A model generated the notes under the pieces. That model made no database searches. It worked only from the letters and a program-made list of their open reading frames with translations, and was not told where the DNA came from. From positions 15,506 to 79,505 of the forward strand of contig PLNF01000022.1 in assembly GCA_003141715.1 (NCBI GenBank): 64,000 nucleotides of DNA, read 5' to 3'. Position 1 is the stretch's first letter, and each line of letters opens with the position of its first letter. The DNA comes from Bacteroidales bacterium (GTDB lineage Bacteria > Bacteroidota > Bacteroidia > Bacteroidales > VadinHA17). Of the stretch, positions 19,967 to 29,332 are shown in pieces. The position numbers were made by a program, and so were the translations under genes.

Positions 19967-20671
19967 ATGAAAGTTTTAGTTGCTGAAGATGACAGAGATT
20001 TTGGAAATATATTGACTCAATATATATCAATAAGCGGTTTCGAAGTCAAGCTGGGCCGGGATGGAAAAGAGGCATGGGAATTGTTTAACCAGGACAAACC
20101 GGACATCTGTGTATTTGACGTGATGATGCCTGAAATGGACGGATTCACCCTGGCTGAAAAAGTGAAGGAGGCTCACCCCGATGTACCCGTAATTTTTCTG
20201 ACGGCTAAGAGTCTTAAGGAAGATATTGTTAGAGGTCTTAAGATCGGGGCAGATGATTATATAACCAAGCCGTTTGATCCTGAAGTTCTTATCCTGCGTA
20301 TAAATAACATCCTTAAAAGAGCCTACGCATCAACGAATGATGAATTTAAAGTATCCCAGACAGTCCTGAAATATAACATGCTTGAGCTAATCTGCGGAAA
20401 TAAAAAAGAAAAGCTTACGCTCAAAGAGGCTCAGTTATTGAAGTATTTCATTATCAACAAGAACAAAATACTTGCGAGAGAAGATATTCTGACAGAGATA
20501 TGGGGTGAGGATGATTACTTTCTTGGAAGAAGCATGGATGTATTTATCAGCCGACTTAGGAAATATGTTTCAGAGGATAAAAACATAGATATTCGTACAG
20601 TAAGAGGTACCGGATTTATACTTGAAGAGATCAAGAAGGAGGAGCAAAAAAAAGAGGTGAGCAGTGAGTGA
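19967..20671 (+). CDS. OmpR/PhoB-family DNA-binding response regulator
   Basis: 234 aa. The receiver domain has EDD...DVMMPEMDG...TAK. A C-terminal winged-helix domain follows (LTLKEAQLLKYF...RLRKYV...IRTVRGTGF). Confidence 0.9.
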   Translation: MKVLVAEDDRDFGNILTQYISISGFEVKLGRDGKEAWELFNQDKPDICVFDVMMPEMDGFTLAEKVKEAHPDVPVIFLTAKSLKEDIVRGLKIGADDYITKPFDPEVLILRINNILKRAYASTNDEFKVSQTVLKYNMLELICGNKKEKLTLKEAQLLKYFIINKNKILAREDILTEIWGEDDYFLGRSMDVFISRLRKYVSEDKNIDIRTVRGTGFILEEIKKEEQKKEVSSE

Positions 20672-20696
20672 GGCGTGAGGTTTTCTCACCACTCAC
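20664..20696. terminator. bidirectional terminator hairpin overlapping the response-regulator stop codon
   Basis: The hairpin is GTGAGTGAGGCGTGAGG-TTTT-CTCACCACTCAC, two 5-bp GTGAG/CTCAC helices with a 2x2 internal loop. It lies between convergent genes. Confidence 0.55.
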
Positions 20697-20716
20697 ACCT
20701 CATTACTCATTCCTTA

Positions 20717-21829
20717 TTATTTCTTAGCTCCAAGAACCTCATTTACTTTATTATACAAAGCTTCTCCCCTCAGGTTTTTGCCAATTATTTTCCCGGTCTC
20801 ATCAAGAAGAAAATTAGCTGGAATTGAATTCACGGCATATAATTTGGCGGCTGCATTATTCCAGTATTGGAGATCAGAAACATGGGTCCATGAAAGTTTG
20901 TCATCAGCTATTGCTTTAACCCACGGCTCTTTTTTCTGGTCGAGAGAAACACCAATAACATCAAATCCTTTTTTGTGAAATTCACTGAAAACTTTCACTA
21001 CGTTTGGGTTTTCCTGGCGGCAAGGATTGCACCACGATGCCCAAAAATCGATCAATAGTAATTTGGAACCTATCTTTGATGAAAGGGCTACCGGATTACC
21101 ATTAACATCACTCAGGGTAAAATCGGGGGCTTTCTGACCAACGGCTACCGATTTCATGACGGCAACTCTCTCTTTCAAACTTTTAATCGGAGGTAAGGCG
21201 GCAATTGAAGTATCAAGTCCATTGACCATTGATTCGATCTCATCTGCTTCTATCTCAACACTAAGACTTAACAGGATTGAAGGAGAGACATAGGAGTGCG
21301 GGTTGGTCTTAACAAAGTTTTTTTGAAGAGTGGTCATTTCAGTCTGAATAGAATCAAGCTGCTTTTCAAGTTTGGCTGATGAAGCTGCATCTCCAGACTG
21401 ACTTGCGGACTGATATCTAATAACGAATCTTGAATAGCTATCACCCAATGGCTTAATAGAATTGAAATAACCTTTGTATTCATCCTGTGTTTTTGATCCG
21501 GTGATATCTGCTTTAAAAAGAGAATCAAGGCTTCCTTTAATATTCATTTCTGAGTTCTCAAGGTAAAATGATGTCCGTTTCCTTGTATTCCCGGCAACAA
21601 GCTGAATTATCTGCGGATAATCAACTGCTCCGCCTTTCATGGTAAAAGTTCCTTTCCTTGAAACTGCAGAATCAATTGAAACAGTCTTGCCGGCTTCTCT
21701 TTTCTGAAGATAAAAAGTAATGCTGTCGGATCCATCAATTTTCCCCTTAATTGTATAATGAGGTTTTGAAGAACATGAAGACAATATAACACCTATTACA
21801 AAAAGATAAATAACTTTTTTCATATACAT
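20717..21829 (-). CDS. TlpA-family thiol:disulfide oxidoreductase lipoprotein (DUF4369-like N-terminal domain plus thioredoxin fold)
   Basis: 370 aa. It has a lipobox (LSSCS) and the thioredoxin active site FWASWCNPCRQE. Confidence 0.8.
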   Translation of the reverse strand: MYMKKVIYLFVIGVILSSCSSKPHYTIKGKIDGSDSITFYLQKREAGKTVSIDSAVSRKGTFTMKGGAVDYPQIIQLVAGNTRKRTSFYLENSEMNIKGSLDSLFKADITGSKTQDEYKGYFNSIKPLGDSYSRFVIRYQSASQSGDAASSAKLEKQLDSIQTEMTTLQKNFVKTNPHSYVSPSILLSLSVEIEADEIESMVNGLDTSIAALPPIKSLKERVAVMKSVAVGQKAPDFTLSDVNGNPVALSSKIGSKLLLIDFWASWCNPCRQENPNVVKVFSEFHKKGFDVIGVSLDQKKEPWVKAIADDKLSWTHVSDLQYWNNAAAKLYAVNSIPANFLLDETGKIIGKNLRGEALYNKVNEVLGAKK

Positions 21830-21870
21830 TGGTTTTGAATATGTAACTGATTTATTTTTATTTGAGCCAG

Positions 21871-21878
21871 CAAAGGTA
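21871..21878 (-). promoter_or_regulatory. -7 box (TACCTTTG on the minus strand)
   Basis: Exact TAnnTTTG match 42 nt upstream of the ATG at 21829. Confidence 0.45.
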
Positions 21879-21882
21879 TGAA

Positions 21883-22983
21883 TTATAATTCAGTTTGCCT
21901 TTTGAAATATTTATCGAGCAACAGTATGGCTGCTTTAAAGGAGGTTATCGTTCCTTTGTGCAACTGTCGTTCAATCTTCGGAACCAGCAATTTCACCTCC
22001 TTATTATTATAGAACGAGTTATTCAGACACTCTATAATTGTACTATGCATTCTGATAATTGCCTGCTCTTTTCTGAATGTGTCAAAATATCCTGATTTCT
22101 TTGTAAAAGAAAAGTATTCCATTATTATATCCCATAGTTCTTTTATGCCTGTGTTGGTCAATGCAGAACAAGTGTGAACCTGAGGTATCCATTCCGATGC
22201 CTTTTTTGGAAACAGGTGAAGAGCGTTCTGAAAAGAAACACGGGCATTCTCAGCGATCAGTTTATTGGCTCCATCGACTTTTGTAATAGCGATAAGATCT
22301 GCCATCTCCATTATTCCCCGTTTGATTCCCTGAAGCTCATCACCGGCACCGGCAAGCATCAGAAGAAGGAAAAAATCGACCATCGAGTGGACTGATGTTT
22401 CCGATTGCCCGACACCGACTGTCTCAACCAGAATTGTATCGAATCCTGCTGCCTCGCAAAGTATTATTGTTTCTCTGGTTTTTCGTGCAACACCTCCAAG
22501 AGTACCTGTCGTGGGTGATGGCCTTATAAAAGCTCCCGGATGGATACTGAGTTGTTCCATTCTTGTCTTGTCACCAAGAATACTTCCTTTGGTCTGTTTG
22601 CTGCTCGGGTCAATTGTAAGCACGGCAAGTTTTCGTCCCTCCTCTAAAATATGTAATCCAAAGGTCTCAATGAATGTACTCTTGCCGGCTCCCGGAACAC
22701 CTGTTATTCCAATCCTGACCGATCTGGAACTGAAAGGGAGACATTTCTCGATGATAGCCTGTGCTGTTTCATAGTGCTCTGTCAGGGAACTTTCAACCAG
22801 AGTAATAGCCTGACTTAAGATTGTTCTGTTCCCTGAGAGTATCCCTGAAACAAATTCATCTGCTGAATATTTCTTTCGTTTCTTCCGCCCCGATTTTGTC
22901 AGAACGTCAGGATTAATACTTGGCGGTTGCGGAATCCCTACATGTACCTTTAGTGAGCTTTTAAATTCTCTTTTCTTATTCAT
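21883..22983 (-). CDS. meaB: methylmalonyl-CoA mutase-associated GTPase MeaB (ArgK family)
   Basis: 366 aa. It has the P-loop GVPGAGKST, VETVGVGQSE and DELQGIKRGIME. Confidence 0.82.
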   Translation of the reverse strand: MNKKREFKSSLKVHVGIPQPPSINPDVLTKSGRKKRKKYSADEFVSGILSGNRTILSQAITLVESSLTEHYETAQAIIEKCLPFSSRSVRIGITGVPGAGKSTFIETFGLHILEEGRKLAVLTIDPSSKQTKGSILGDKTRMEQLSIHPGAFIRPSPTTGTLGGVARKTRETIILCEAAGFDTILVETVGVGQSETSVHSMVDFFLLLMLAGAGDELQGIKRGIMEMADLIAITKVDGANKLIAENARVSFQNALHLFPKKASEWIPQVHTCSALTNTGIKELWDIIMEYFSFTKKSGYFDTFRKEQAIIRMHSTIIECLNNSFYNNKEVKLLVPKIERQLHKGTITSFKAAILLLDKYFKRQTEL

Positions 22984-22986
22984 TAA

Positions 22987-24087
22987 TTATTTTACCGGGG
23001 CTGGTTGTTCAACATCGGCAGTAAGCATGAGCACAACTTCTGAATTTTTAGGATCATTTGTGTAAACATAGATTGCCTTCGTAACTTTCCCGGAATAACT
23101 GCCTGAGTTAAATACCGCTTTGATACTACTGGATTCTCCCGGCTTAATGCCTACACCCTGATTTCCCTGCTGTACTGCTGTACAACCGCATGTAGATCTT
23201 ATAAACCTGATCAACAGGTCACTTTTACCTTCATTTTTAAATTTGAACTCGACTTCGTTTTGTGTTGAGCCCTTTATTTTACCAAGGTCAACAGTTGTCG
23301 ATTCGACTTTGAATACGGGAGCGTTTTCCAGTTCTTCCTTTGATAATGAAGAAAAATCTTCAACAAGGTTTGCCGATACATAATAATATAAATTTTCCTG
23401 GATCACTCCATTCAGTTTTATTTTTACCATATCGCTGACATTTCCCCACCCTGCATTTTTTGTTGCATCGTATGTTCCTTCAACCATCCCTTTTTGTCCT
23501 GGTTTAAGGGTTTCAGGATTAGATTTCAGAGTAAGATGTGCCGGTACAGCATCAAATTCAACTTTAACTGGTTCGGCAGTAGTATTTATCAATTGCATCA
23601 CCCTCATCTTCTTTTCGGTTTTCTTAACATTGGTGAATGCAAGGTGGTTACTTTCGAACCTTACAGCTCCGACTGCGAATGTAAATAACTCTTCAACAGT
23701 TTTTTCATGAGGAATGACTTCACCTTTAATTACAAGAACAACAACTTCAGGTTTTGTATTAGAATATACTGAAAGTGTCTTATTGAACGGGCCTGGCCTG
23801 TCCTTCGGATCATATATTGCTGTAACCTTACCTTTAGCTCCTGCCGGAATAGGCTGTTTTGTCCAATCCGGTGTTGTGCAGCCACATGATGCGACAACGT
23901 TTTGAATTACCAATGGCTCAGTACCTGTATTTGTGACAATAAAATCAAAAGTCTGCCTCCCTGCCTCTTCTTTAAATGTTCCAAAATCGTGTTCGGTCGC
24001 GGATAGTTGCATTTTTGTTGATGCTATTTGCGATTTTACTGAAATCGTGAAAATCAGTAATGAAAAAATAAAGAATAATCGTTTCAT
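22987..24087 (-). CDS. secreted protein with two DUF1573 domains
   Basis: 366 aa. A signal peptide is followed by two copies of the hallmark motif (VASCGCTTPDWTKQPI and RSTCGCTAVQQG). Confidence 0.75.
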   Translation of the reverse strand: MKRLFFIFSLLIFTISVKSQIASTKMQLSATEHDFGTFKEEAGRQTFDFIVTNTGTEPLVIQNVVASCGCTTPDWTKQPIPAGAKGKVTAIYDPKDRPGPFNKTLSVYSNTKPEVVVLVIKGEVIPHEKTVEELFTFAVGAVRFESNHLAFTNVKKTEKKMRVMQLINTTAEPVKVEFDAVPAHLTLKSNPETLKPGQKGMVEGTYDATKNAGWGNVSDMVKIKLNGVIQENLYYYVSANLVEDFSSLSKEELENAPVFKVESTTVDLGKIKGSTQNEVEFKFKNEGKSDLLIRFIRSTCGCTAVQQGNQGVGIKPGESSSIKAVFNSGSYSGKVTKAIYVYTNDPKNSEVVLMLTADVEQPAPVK

Positions 24088-24133
24088 ATCAATCTGTTAT
24101 TTTAGTAATTGAAGAATTATTATTAAGTTTTTT

Positions 24134-24141
24134 ACAAATAT
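24134..24141 (-). promoter_or_regulatory. -7 box (TATATTTG on the minus strand)
   Basis: Exact TAnnTTTG match 47 nt upstream of the ATG at 24087. Confidence 0.35.
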
Positions 24142-24360
24142 ACAAAATGAAAAATCAAATTCCCTCATATGACCATTCCCAGAATTATTTGGTTGCATGG
24201 TATGTTGCAAAAATCAGGCTGAAGAATTTAACCATATAATGTGATGTAAAAATAATAAAGTTTGAGATTTTTAGATAGTTTAAAACAGATTATCATTAGT
24301 TTTGCTGTCTAACCAGGATTTTTTGGAACAAAATTTGTTAATTTAAAATCCGGTTAGCTC

Positions 24361-27300
24361 ATGAACGCCTTGAAAAAAATAAATATCAAAAAGCTGATTA
24401 TTATTTTTATAGTGTGCGTTTTTTATTCAAATGCATATGGTCAGTTTTATAATGGCCTTCAGATGTCTTTCGGTAAAAACAGAGTACAGTACTACGATTT
24501 CTACTGGCAGTTCTACAGGTTCGATAATTTTGATTGCTATTTTAATGAATATGGACGAGATCTGGCGCAGTTCACTGCAGATTATGCTACAAAGAAGCTG
24601 GCTGAAATCGAGGATTTTTTTGATTATGCACTGGAGAAAAGGATTATATTCATCATATACAATAAAAATTCCGAGTACAAACAATCTAATATCGGACTAG
24701 TCACTTTTGATGAGGACAGCTATAATACAGGCGGCTTCAACAGGATTATTAAAAATAAAGTAATGCTTTATTATGAAGGCGACCATGAAGCATATAAGCG
24801 CCAGATTGCAGCTTCCATTACCGAAGTGATAATCAATGAAATGTTATACAATGCCGATATAAAAGACAGAGTATCAAGCTCCTCATTAATCAGCATGCCA
24901 GACTGGTACATCAAGGGACTCATTGGTTATGTGGGAGGCAGCTGGGATTATGAAGCGGAAAACAGGGTAAAAGATGGATTCAAATCGGGTAAATTCAAAA
25001 ACATCAACCATCTTGAATACGATGATGCAATAGATGCAGGTGAGTCTTTCTGGAGATTCATCGGTAAAAAATACGGCAATGCTCTCATCCCAAATATAAT
25101 CTACCTTACGAAAGTTTATAAAAATATTGATGATGGTTTACTTTATGTAATAGGGCAGAAACTCAGAGACCTTCTGAAGGAATGGAAAAATTATTACAAG
25201 GAAGAGTTTTCCGGTGATAAAAACCTTCCTCCTGAAGATATGAACACTATCAGAAAATCAAAAAAAGAACAGATCTACCAGCAGGTAAAAGTCAGTCCGG
25301 GAGGCAATTATATCGCCTATGTTACAAATGATTGGGGAAGAAAGCGAGTCTGGCTGTACAACCAGGCAACGGGGAAACGAAAAATTATTTTCAGGAAAGA
25401 GCCAAAATTCGAGCAGGTTGTTGATAATACTTATCCTGTAATTGCCTGGCACCCGAGTGGGAAAATTCTGACTTTTATTAATGATGAAAAATCAGACCTT
25501 GAGATGTATTTTTACAGGGTCGATGAAAAAACAACGACAAAAAGAATCCTTCTTTATTTTGATAAGGTCCTGGATTTTTCATATTCTCCGGAAGGATCAC
25601 GTCTTGTATTTTCTGCAGTAAAAGATGGCATAACGGATATATATATTCATACTATCGCTTCCGGAACTAATGAGCAGATCACCAGGGATATAGCAGATGA
25701 TCTTAATCCTTCATTCATGAAAGATTCCCCTGACGAAATAATTTTTTCATCAAACAGATTATCTGATACCCTTACAAATACGGCAGATCCTTTTGAAAAA
25801 GTGTCACAAACATTCGACCTTTTTACATACGACTTAACAAGAAAAAACAATATCCTGGCAAGGCTTTCTGAAGGTAAATACACTGACAGGTTTCAGTCAT
25901 CAGAGGTCGCAAAAAATAAATTTACATACATAGGCAACCAGAACGGGATATTTAACAGGTACACAGCAAAATTCGACAGCTCGATCAGTTTTATTGATAC
26001 AATTGCTCACTATAGATATTATATTAATTCCCAGCCTCTTACTAATTATGACAGGAACATTCGGAACTATTCTGTTATGAACGGAACTGATCCATTCGGT
26101 GAAGTCCTTTTCACCAACAGGCAGTTTGTTTTAAGAAAAGGACTTCAGAGCCAATCAAATCCTGTACTTCCGGGGGAGATGGTGAACACTAAACTTCGGG
26201 ACGAGAAAAATCAATATTACCATAAAGCAGACAGCATAGAACAGTTAAGGCAGTGGCTTGTTGCGGAAGATAAAAAAAGAAGGGATACACTTACTAAACC
26301 ACTCTATGAGTATTATATCAAGAATGAACCCATTGACATAAATCATTACATATTTGAAAAAGAGAAACAAAACTACTATAATCAATTATGGCGGAAAAAA
26401 TATATGGATATCGACCTTGATACAGGGCATATTAACCTTCCTCTGATAAGAATTTATGAGACTTCTTTTTATAATAATTATATTGCTACCCAGATCGACT
26501 TTAGTTTTCTTAATAATTCCTACCAGGTTTATAGCGGAGGGGCTCCCTATTTTAACCCGGGAGTAAGCCTTTTGACCCAAATCGGAACTGTTGATTTGTT
26601 AGAGGACTATAGGATCACAGGAGGGTTCAGGTTCGCAGGGAATTTTGACAGCAATGAGTACTTACTCAGTATCGAGAATCTTAAAGGGACATTTGACAAG
26701 CAGTTAATCTATCACAGAGAGACCTATTCCAGTTCTGATTCAACATATTTCAAAATTTACTCACAGGATATACATTTTTCTCTTTCCAAACCCATTACAC
26801 CTGTTTTAGCACTGAAGGGAACAATTTCATACAGGTACGATCGGCGTGTCTTTCAGGCTACTGATATGGCTACTCTTAACTATCCGAACATTTCACAACA
26901 ATGGGCAAGCCTTAAAGGAGAAATAATTTTTGATAATACACGCAAGAGACTTATTAATATTTACTTCGGCACGAGGTTTAAGATATTCGGCGAATATTAC
27001 AGAGAACTGACCAGTAAAAAATCAGATATGATTGTTCTGGGAGTGGATTTCAGAAAATATATACAAATACACAGAGAACTGATTTGGGCAAACAGGTTTG
27101 CGGCCAGTACATCCTTTGGCCCTACGAAACTACTATACTACCTTGGAGGTGTCGATAACTGGATGGGATATCTGTTTAATAAAGTCCCGATGTTCGATAA
27201 TACCATACCGGTGACTCCAAATGTAAACTATGGTTTCCAAGCACTTGCAACAAATATGAGGGGCTTCTCACAAAATGTAAGAAACGGAAATAGCTTCGCC

Positions 27301-27648
27301 CTCATAAACAGTGAATTAAGATGGCCGGTAGTGAGGTATCTTGCCGGTCATCCTCTGCGATCCAACTTCCTGAACAGTTTGCAGATTATTGGATTCGGTG
27401 ATGTGGGAACAGCCTGGTCGGGAAAATCCCCATGGTCGGGAACTAATGGTTACGATACCGAAAAGATTACCAACGGCCCGGTATCAGTTACTCTTGATTC
27501 AAACAGGGACCCTATTGTTGAAGGCGTTGGTGCAGGACTTAGAGCTCAGATTCTTGGCTATTTCGTCAGGGCTGACTGGGCTTGGGGTATCGAGAACAGC
27601 TACATTCTTCCAAGAATTTTCTATTTGTCTTTTAGTCTCGATTTTTAA
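24361..27648 (+). CDS. large secreted multidomain protein: unassigned N-terminal domain, PD40/TolB-like repeats, C-terminal Omp85-like beta-barrel
   Basis: 1095 aa with a signal peptide. PD40-like repeats include VSPGGNYIAYVTNDWG, WHPSGKILTFIND and YSPEGSRLVFSAVKDGITDIY. The C-terminus has GFGDVGTAW and RADWAWGI strands and ends in SLDF. These resemble the bacterial surface antigen (Omp85) barrel. Confidence 0.6.
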   Translation: MNALKKINIKKLIIIFIVCVFYSNAYGQFYNGLQMSFGKNRVQYYDFYWQFYRFDNFDCYFNEYGRDLAQFTADYATKKLAEIEDFFDYALEKRIIFIIYNKNSEYKQSNIGLVTFDEDSYNTGGFNRIIKNKVMLYYEGDHEAYKRQIAASITEVIINEMLYNADIKDRVSSSSLISMPDWYIKGLIGYVGGSWDYEAENRVKDGFKSGKFKNINHLEYDDAIDAGESFWRFIGKKYGNALIPNIIYLTKVYKNIDDGLLYVIGQKLRDLLKEWKNYYKEEFSGDKNLPPEDMNTIRKSKKEQIYQQVKVSPGGNYIAYVTNDWGRKRVWLYNQATGKRKIIFRKEPKFEQVVDNTYPVIAWHPSGKILTFINDEKSDLEMYFYRVDEKTTTKRILLYFDKVLDFSYSPEGSRLVFSAVKDGITDIYIHTIASGTNEQITRDIADDLNPSFMKDSPDEIIFSSNRLSDTLTNTADPFEKVSQTFDLFTYDLTRKNNILARLSEGKYTDRFQSSEVAKNKFTYIGNQNGIFNRYTAKFDSSISFIDTIAHYRYYINSQPLTNYDRNIRNYSVMNGTDPFGEVLFTNRQFVLRKGLQSQSNPVLPGEMVNTKLRDEKNQYYHKADSIEQLRQWLVAEDKKRRDTLTKPLYEYYIKNEPIDINHYIFEKEKQNYYNQLWRKKYMDIDLDTGHINLPLIRIYETSFYNNYIATQIDFSFLNNSYQVYSGGAPYFNPGVSLLTQIGTVDLLEDYRITGGFRFAGNFDSNEYLLSIENLKGTFDKQLIYHRETYSSSDSTYFKIYSQDIHFSLSKPITPVLALKGTISYRYDRRVFQATDMATLNYPNISQQWASLKGEIIFDNTRKRLINIYFGTRFKIFGEYYRELTSKKSDMIVLGVDFRKYIQIHRELIWANRFAASTSFGPTKLLYYLGGVDNWMGYLFNKVPMFDNTIPVTPNVNYGFQALATNMRGFSQNVRNGNSFALINSELRWPVVRYLAGHPLRSNFLNSLQIIGFGDVGTAWSGKSPWSGTNGYDTEKITNGPVSVTLDSNRDPIVEGVGAGLRAQILGYFVRADWAWGIENSYILPRIFYLSFSLDF

Positions 27649-27782
27649 TTCGTTCATACAAAATATTTATGCCACACCTGAGTTGGCTCGTGTACAATTT
27701 TTTAATATCTGAAGGTTAGCTGATTAAGGAGTATTATCAACATATATTTATCACGTTTCTTTTTCAATTAAAAAAAATAAGC

Positions 27783-27790
27783 TAGTTTTG
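27783..27790 (+). promoter_or_regulatory. -7 box (TAGTTTTG)
   Basis: Exact TAnnTTTG match 38 nt upstream of the ferredoxin ATG. Confidence 0.45.
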
Positions 27791-27827
27791 TTCGCAATTG
27801 TAATTAGTTAATCAAAAAATAATCGAA

Positions 27828-27995
27828 ATGGCTTACAAAATTAATGATGAGTGTACTGCTTGCGGAACATGTATCGATGAGTGTCCTGTTGAAGCAATAT
27901 CAGAAGGCGACATCTATAAAATTGATCCGGATGTATGCACTGACTGTGGTGCTTGTTCTGATGTTTGCCCTGTTGAGGCTATTCATCCGGAATAG
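27828..27995 (+). CDS. 2x[4Fe-4S] ferredoxin (55 aa)
   Basis: My manual translation is MAYKINDECTACGTCIDECPVEAISEGDIYKIDPDVCTDCGACSDVCPVEAIHPE*. It contains two CxxCxxCxxxCP clusters. It is absent from the track. The listed ORF 27844-28071 is an overlapping out-of-frame artefact. Confidence 0.9.
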   Translation: MAYKINDECTACGTCIDECPVEAISEGDIYKIDPDVCTDCGACSDVCPVEAIHPE

Positions 27996-28020
27996 TATTA
28001 CAATTTATGAAATTAAAATA

Positions 28021-28042
28021 GGGACATGCCATGGTATGTCCC
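28021..28042. terminator. terminator hairpin shared by the ferredoxin gene and convergent gldB
   Basis: The hairpin is GGGACAT-GCCATGGT-ATGTCCC, followed by TTATTATTT. It lies 26 nt after the ferredoxin stop. Confidence 0.65.
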
Positions 28043-28051
28043 TTATTATTT

Positions 28052-29104
28052 CTACTGGGGGCTGTATTTAGCCTTTTCCAGAATCCCCTGAACATCCGTA
28101 TTTTTAATCATCTCCTCAATTTTTATTCCGGAATTTTTCATCATATATGATTCGACAATCCTGAAACCCAGCCAAATGGCTGCCCGTCCCGGTGATTCCT
28201 TTGTAAAATAACTTGTAAATGGAGCTTCCCCGGTAAGTTTACGTATATTAAACTGATCACTGCTGAACAGAAGATTATTCTCAACAAGATATTGCCACAT
28301 CTGACTTTCATTGTTCCTGCAGAATTTCATCTGATCGGGTGTGAAACCAAAAATAATTTCATCGGATGTTTCCGGCAACATGCACTTTTCAAAGTATTTA
28401 AGCTTGCCGCTGTGAATAATTTCTGCCAGTACATTGTCAGCCGGATATTTAAGTGTTGAAAAATCCCATTCAGAAGCACACCACCCATACATACAGTCAG
28501 GAACAATATTTTCAGGAGTCATCCTGGCAGCAATATAATTGTAAATATTAAGCCTTGGATAATATTCACAATCGGCTCCGAGGTACCTGTCAAGACCTAT
28601 ACCAAGTAACGAATCTCCTGTGATGATGCTGTTATTAAATCCTGTGATACAAGTAAATACAGCTGGCACCTCTCTCTCCGGGAAATAATACAGATAGTGA
28701 CTGAAAGCTCCCTGAAGCCCCTTTTCAATTGACTCTATATCGGGAAATTTTTTCATCGTAAGGGCAAAAACATCATTATTCTGTTTATCAGAACAAAACC
28801 GGAGAAGTAGATCGCCAAATGATGTTTCATTAATATCACCCGTATTTATCACTAAACTGAATAGCTGAAGGAAACTGTTATATTTCTTTTTGAGAGTAGG
28901 AACCATAGGTATAATTTCATCGGGATTCAAGGTGAAAAGATCTTTCTCGAGTCTCATTATTTTAATATTTACTTTGATTGATGATGTATTAACCTTGTAA
29001 TGATTTTTTTTGCAAGAAGGGGCTGCTGCTGCAATCAACAATAAAAACACAAAAGTCATAAACCGGATTCTCATAATGTTCTTTTTTGGCAGTCTAAAAT
29101 ACAT
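28052..29104 (-). CDS. gldB: gliding motility lipoprotein GldB
   Basis: 350 aa with the lipobox AAAPSC. The C-terminal ESPGRAAIWLGFRIVESYMMKN...EKAKYSPQ matches my recollection of the Flavobacterium johnsoniae GldB C-terminus. An alternative start is the ATG at 29074 (MRIRFMTF...). Confidence 0.65.
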   Translation of the reverse strand: MYFRLPKKNIMRIRFMTFVFLLLIAAAAPSCKKNHYKVNTSSIKVNIKIMRLEKDLFTLNPDEIIPMVPTLKKKYNSFLQLFSLVINTGDINETSFGDLLLRFCSDKQNNDVFALTMKKFPDIESIEKGLQGAFSHYLYYFPEREVPAVFTCITGFNNSIITGDSLLGIGLDRYLGADCEYYPRLNIYNYIAARMTPENIVPDCMYGWCASEWDFSTLKYPADNVLAEIIHSGKLKYFEKCMLPETSDEIIFGFTPDQMKFCRNNESQMWQYLVENNLLFSSDQFNIRKLTGEAPFTSYFTKESPGRAAIWLGFRIVESYMMKNSGIKIEEMIKNTDVQGILEKAKYSPQ

Positions 29105-29207
29105 ACTTTTCGCATTACAAGGCTACTAAAATAAACGATATAATTACTTCTCTTATTATTTGTTATTTTTACAAAAGAATTGAAATTAAAAATTGGTATG
29201 ATCTTTT

Positions 29208-29306
29208 TTTGCCACAAAGACGCCAGGACACAAAGTTACACCAAGAACCTCGAGATCTGAAGTTTTAACTTGGTGATTCTTTGCGCCTTCGTGCCATGGT
29301 GGCAAA
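29208..29306. repeat. ~100-nt imperfect palindromic intergenic element with a TTTGCCAC / GTGGCAAA terminal clamp
   Basis: The arms are 29208-29245 and 29269-29306. The 8-bp terminal clamp is perfect, as are internal CAAAG (5 bp) and CACCAAG/CTTGGTG (7 bp) helices. Of the 30 positions after the clamp, 19 pair, or 21 counting G-U. Each arm reads as about four degenerate octamers (xCACxAAG-like). Confidence 0.6.
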
Positions 29307-29332
29307 TAAGAATCATTAAATCTAAGTAAAAT

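Noticed and set aside
24198-24209. Sigma-54-like TGGTATGTTGCA upstream of the 1095-aa gene
   Set aside because: The GG and GC elements are 4 nt too close compared with the TGGCAC-N5-TTGCW consensus. The alternative GG at 24191 is 4 nt too far.
27844-28071. 75-aa ORF in the track
   Set aside because: It is out of frame with the convincing ferredoxin gene and runs through the terminator hairpin into the gldB 3' end.
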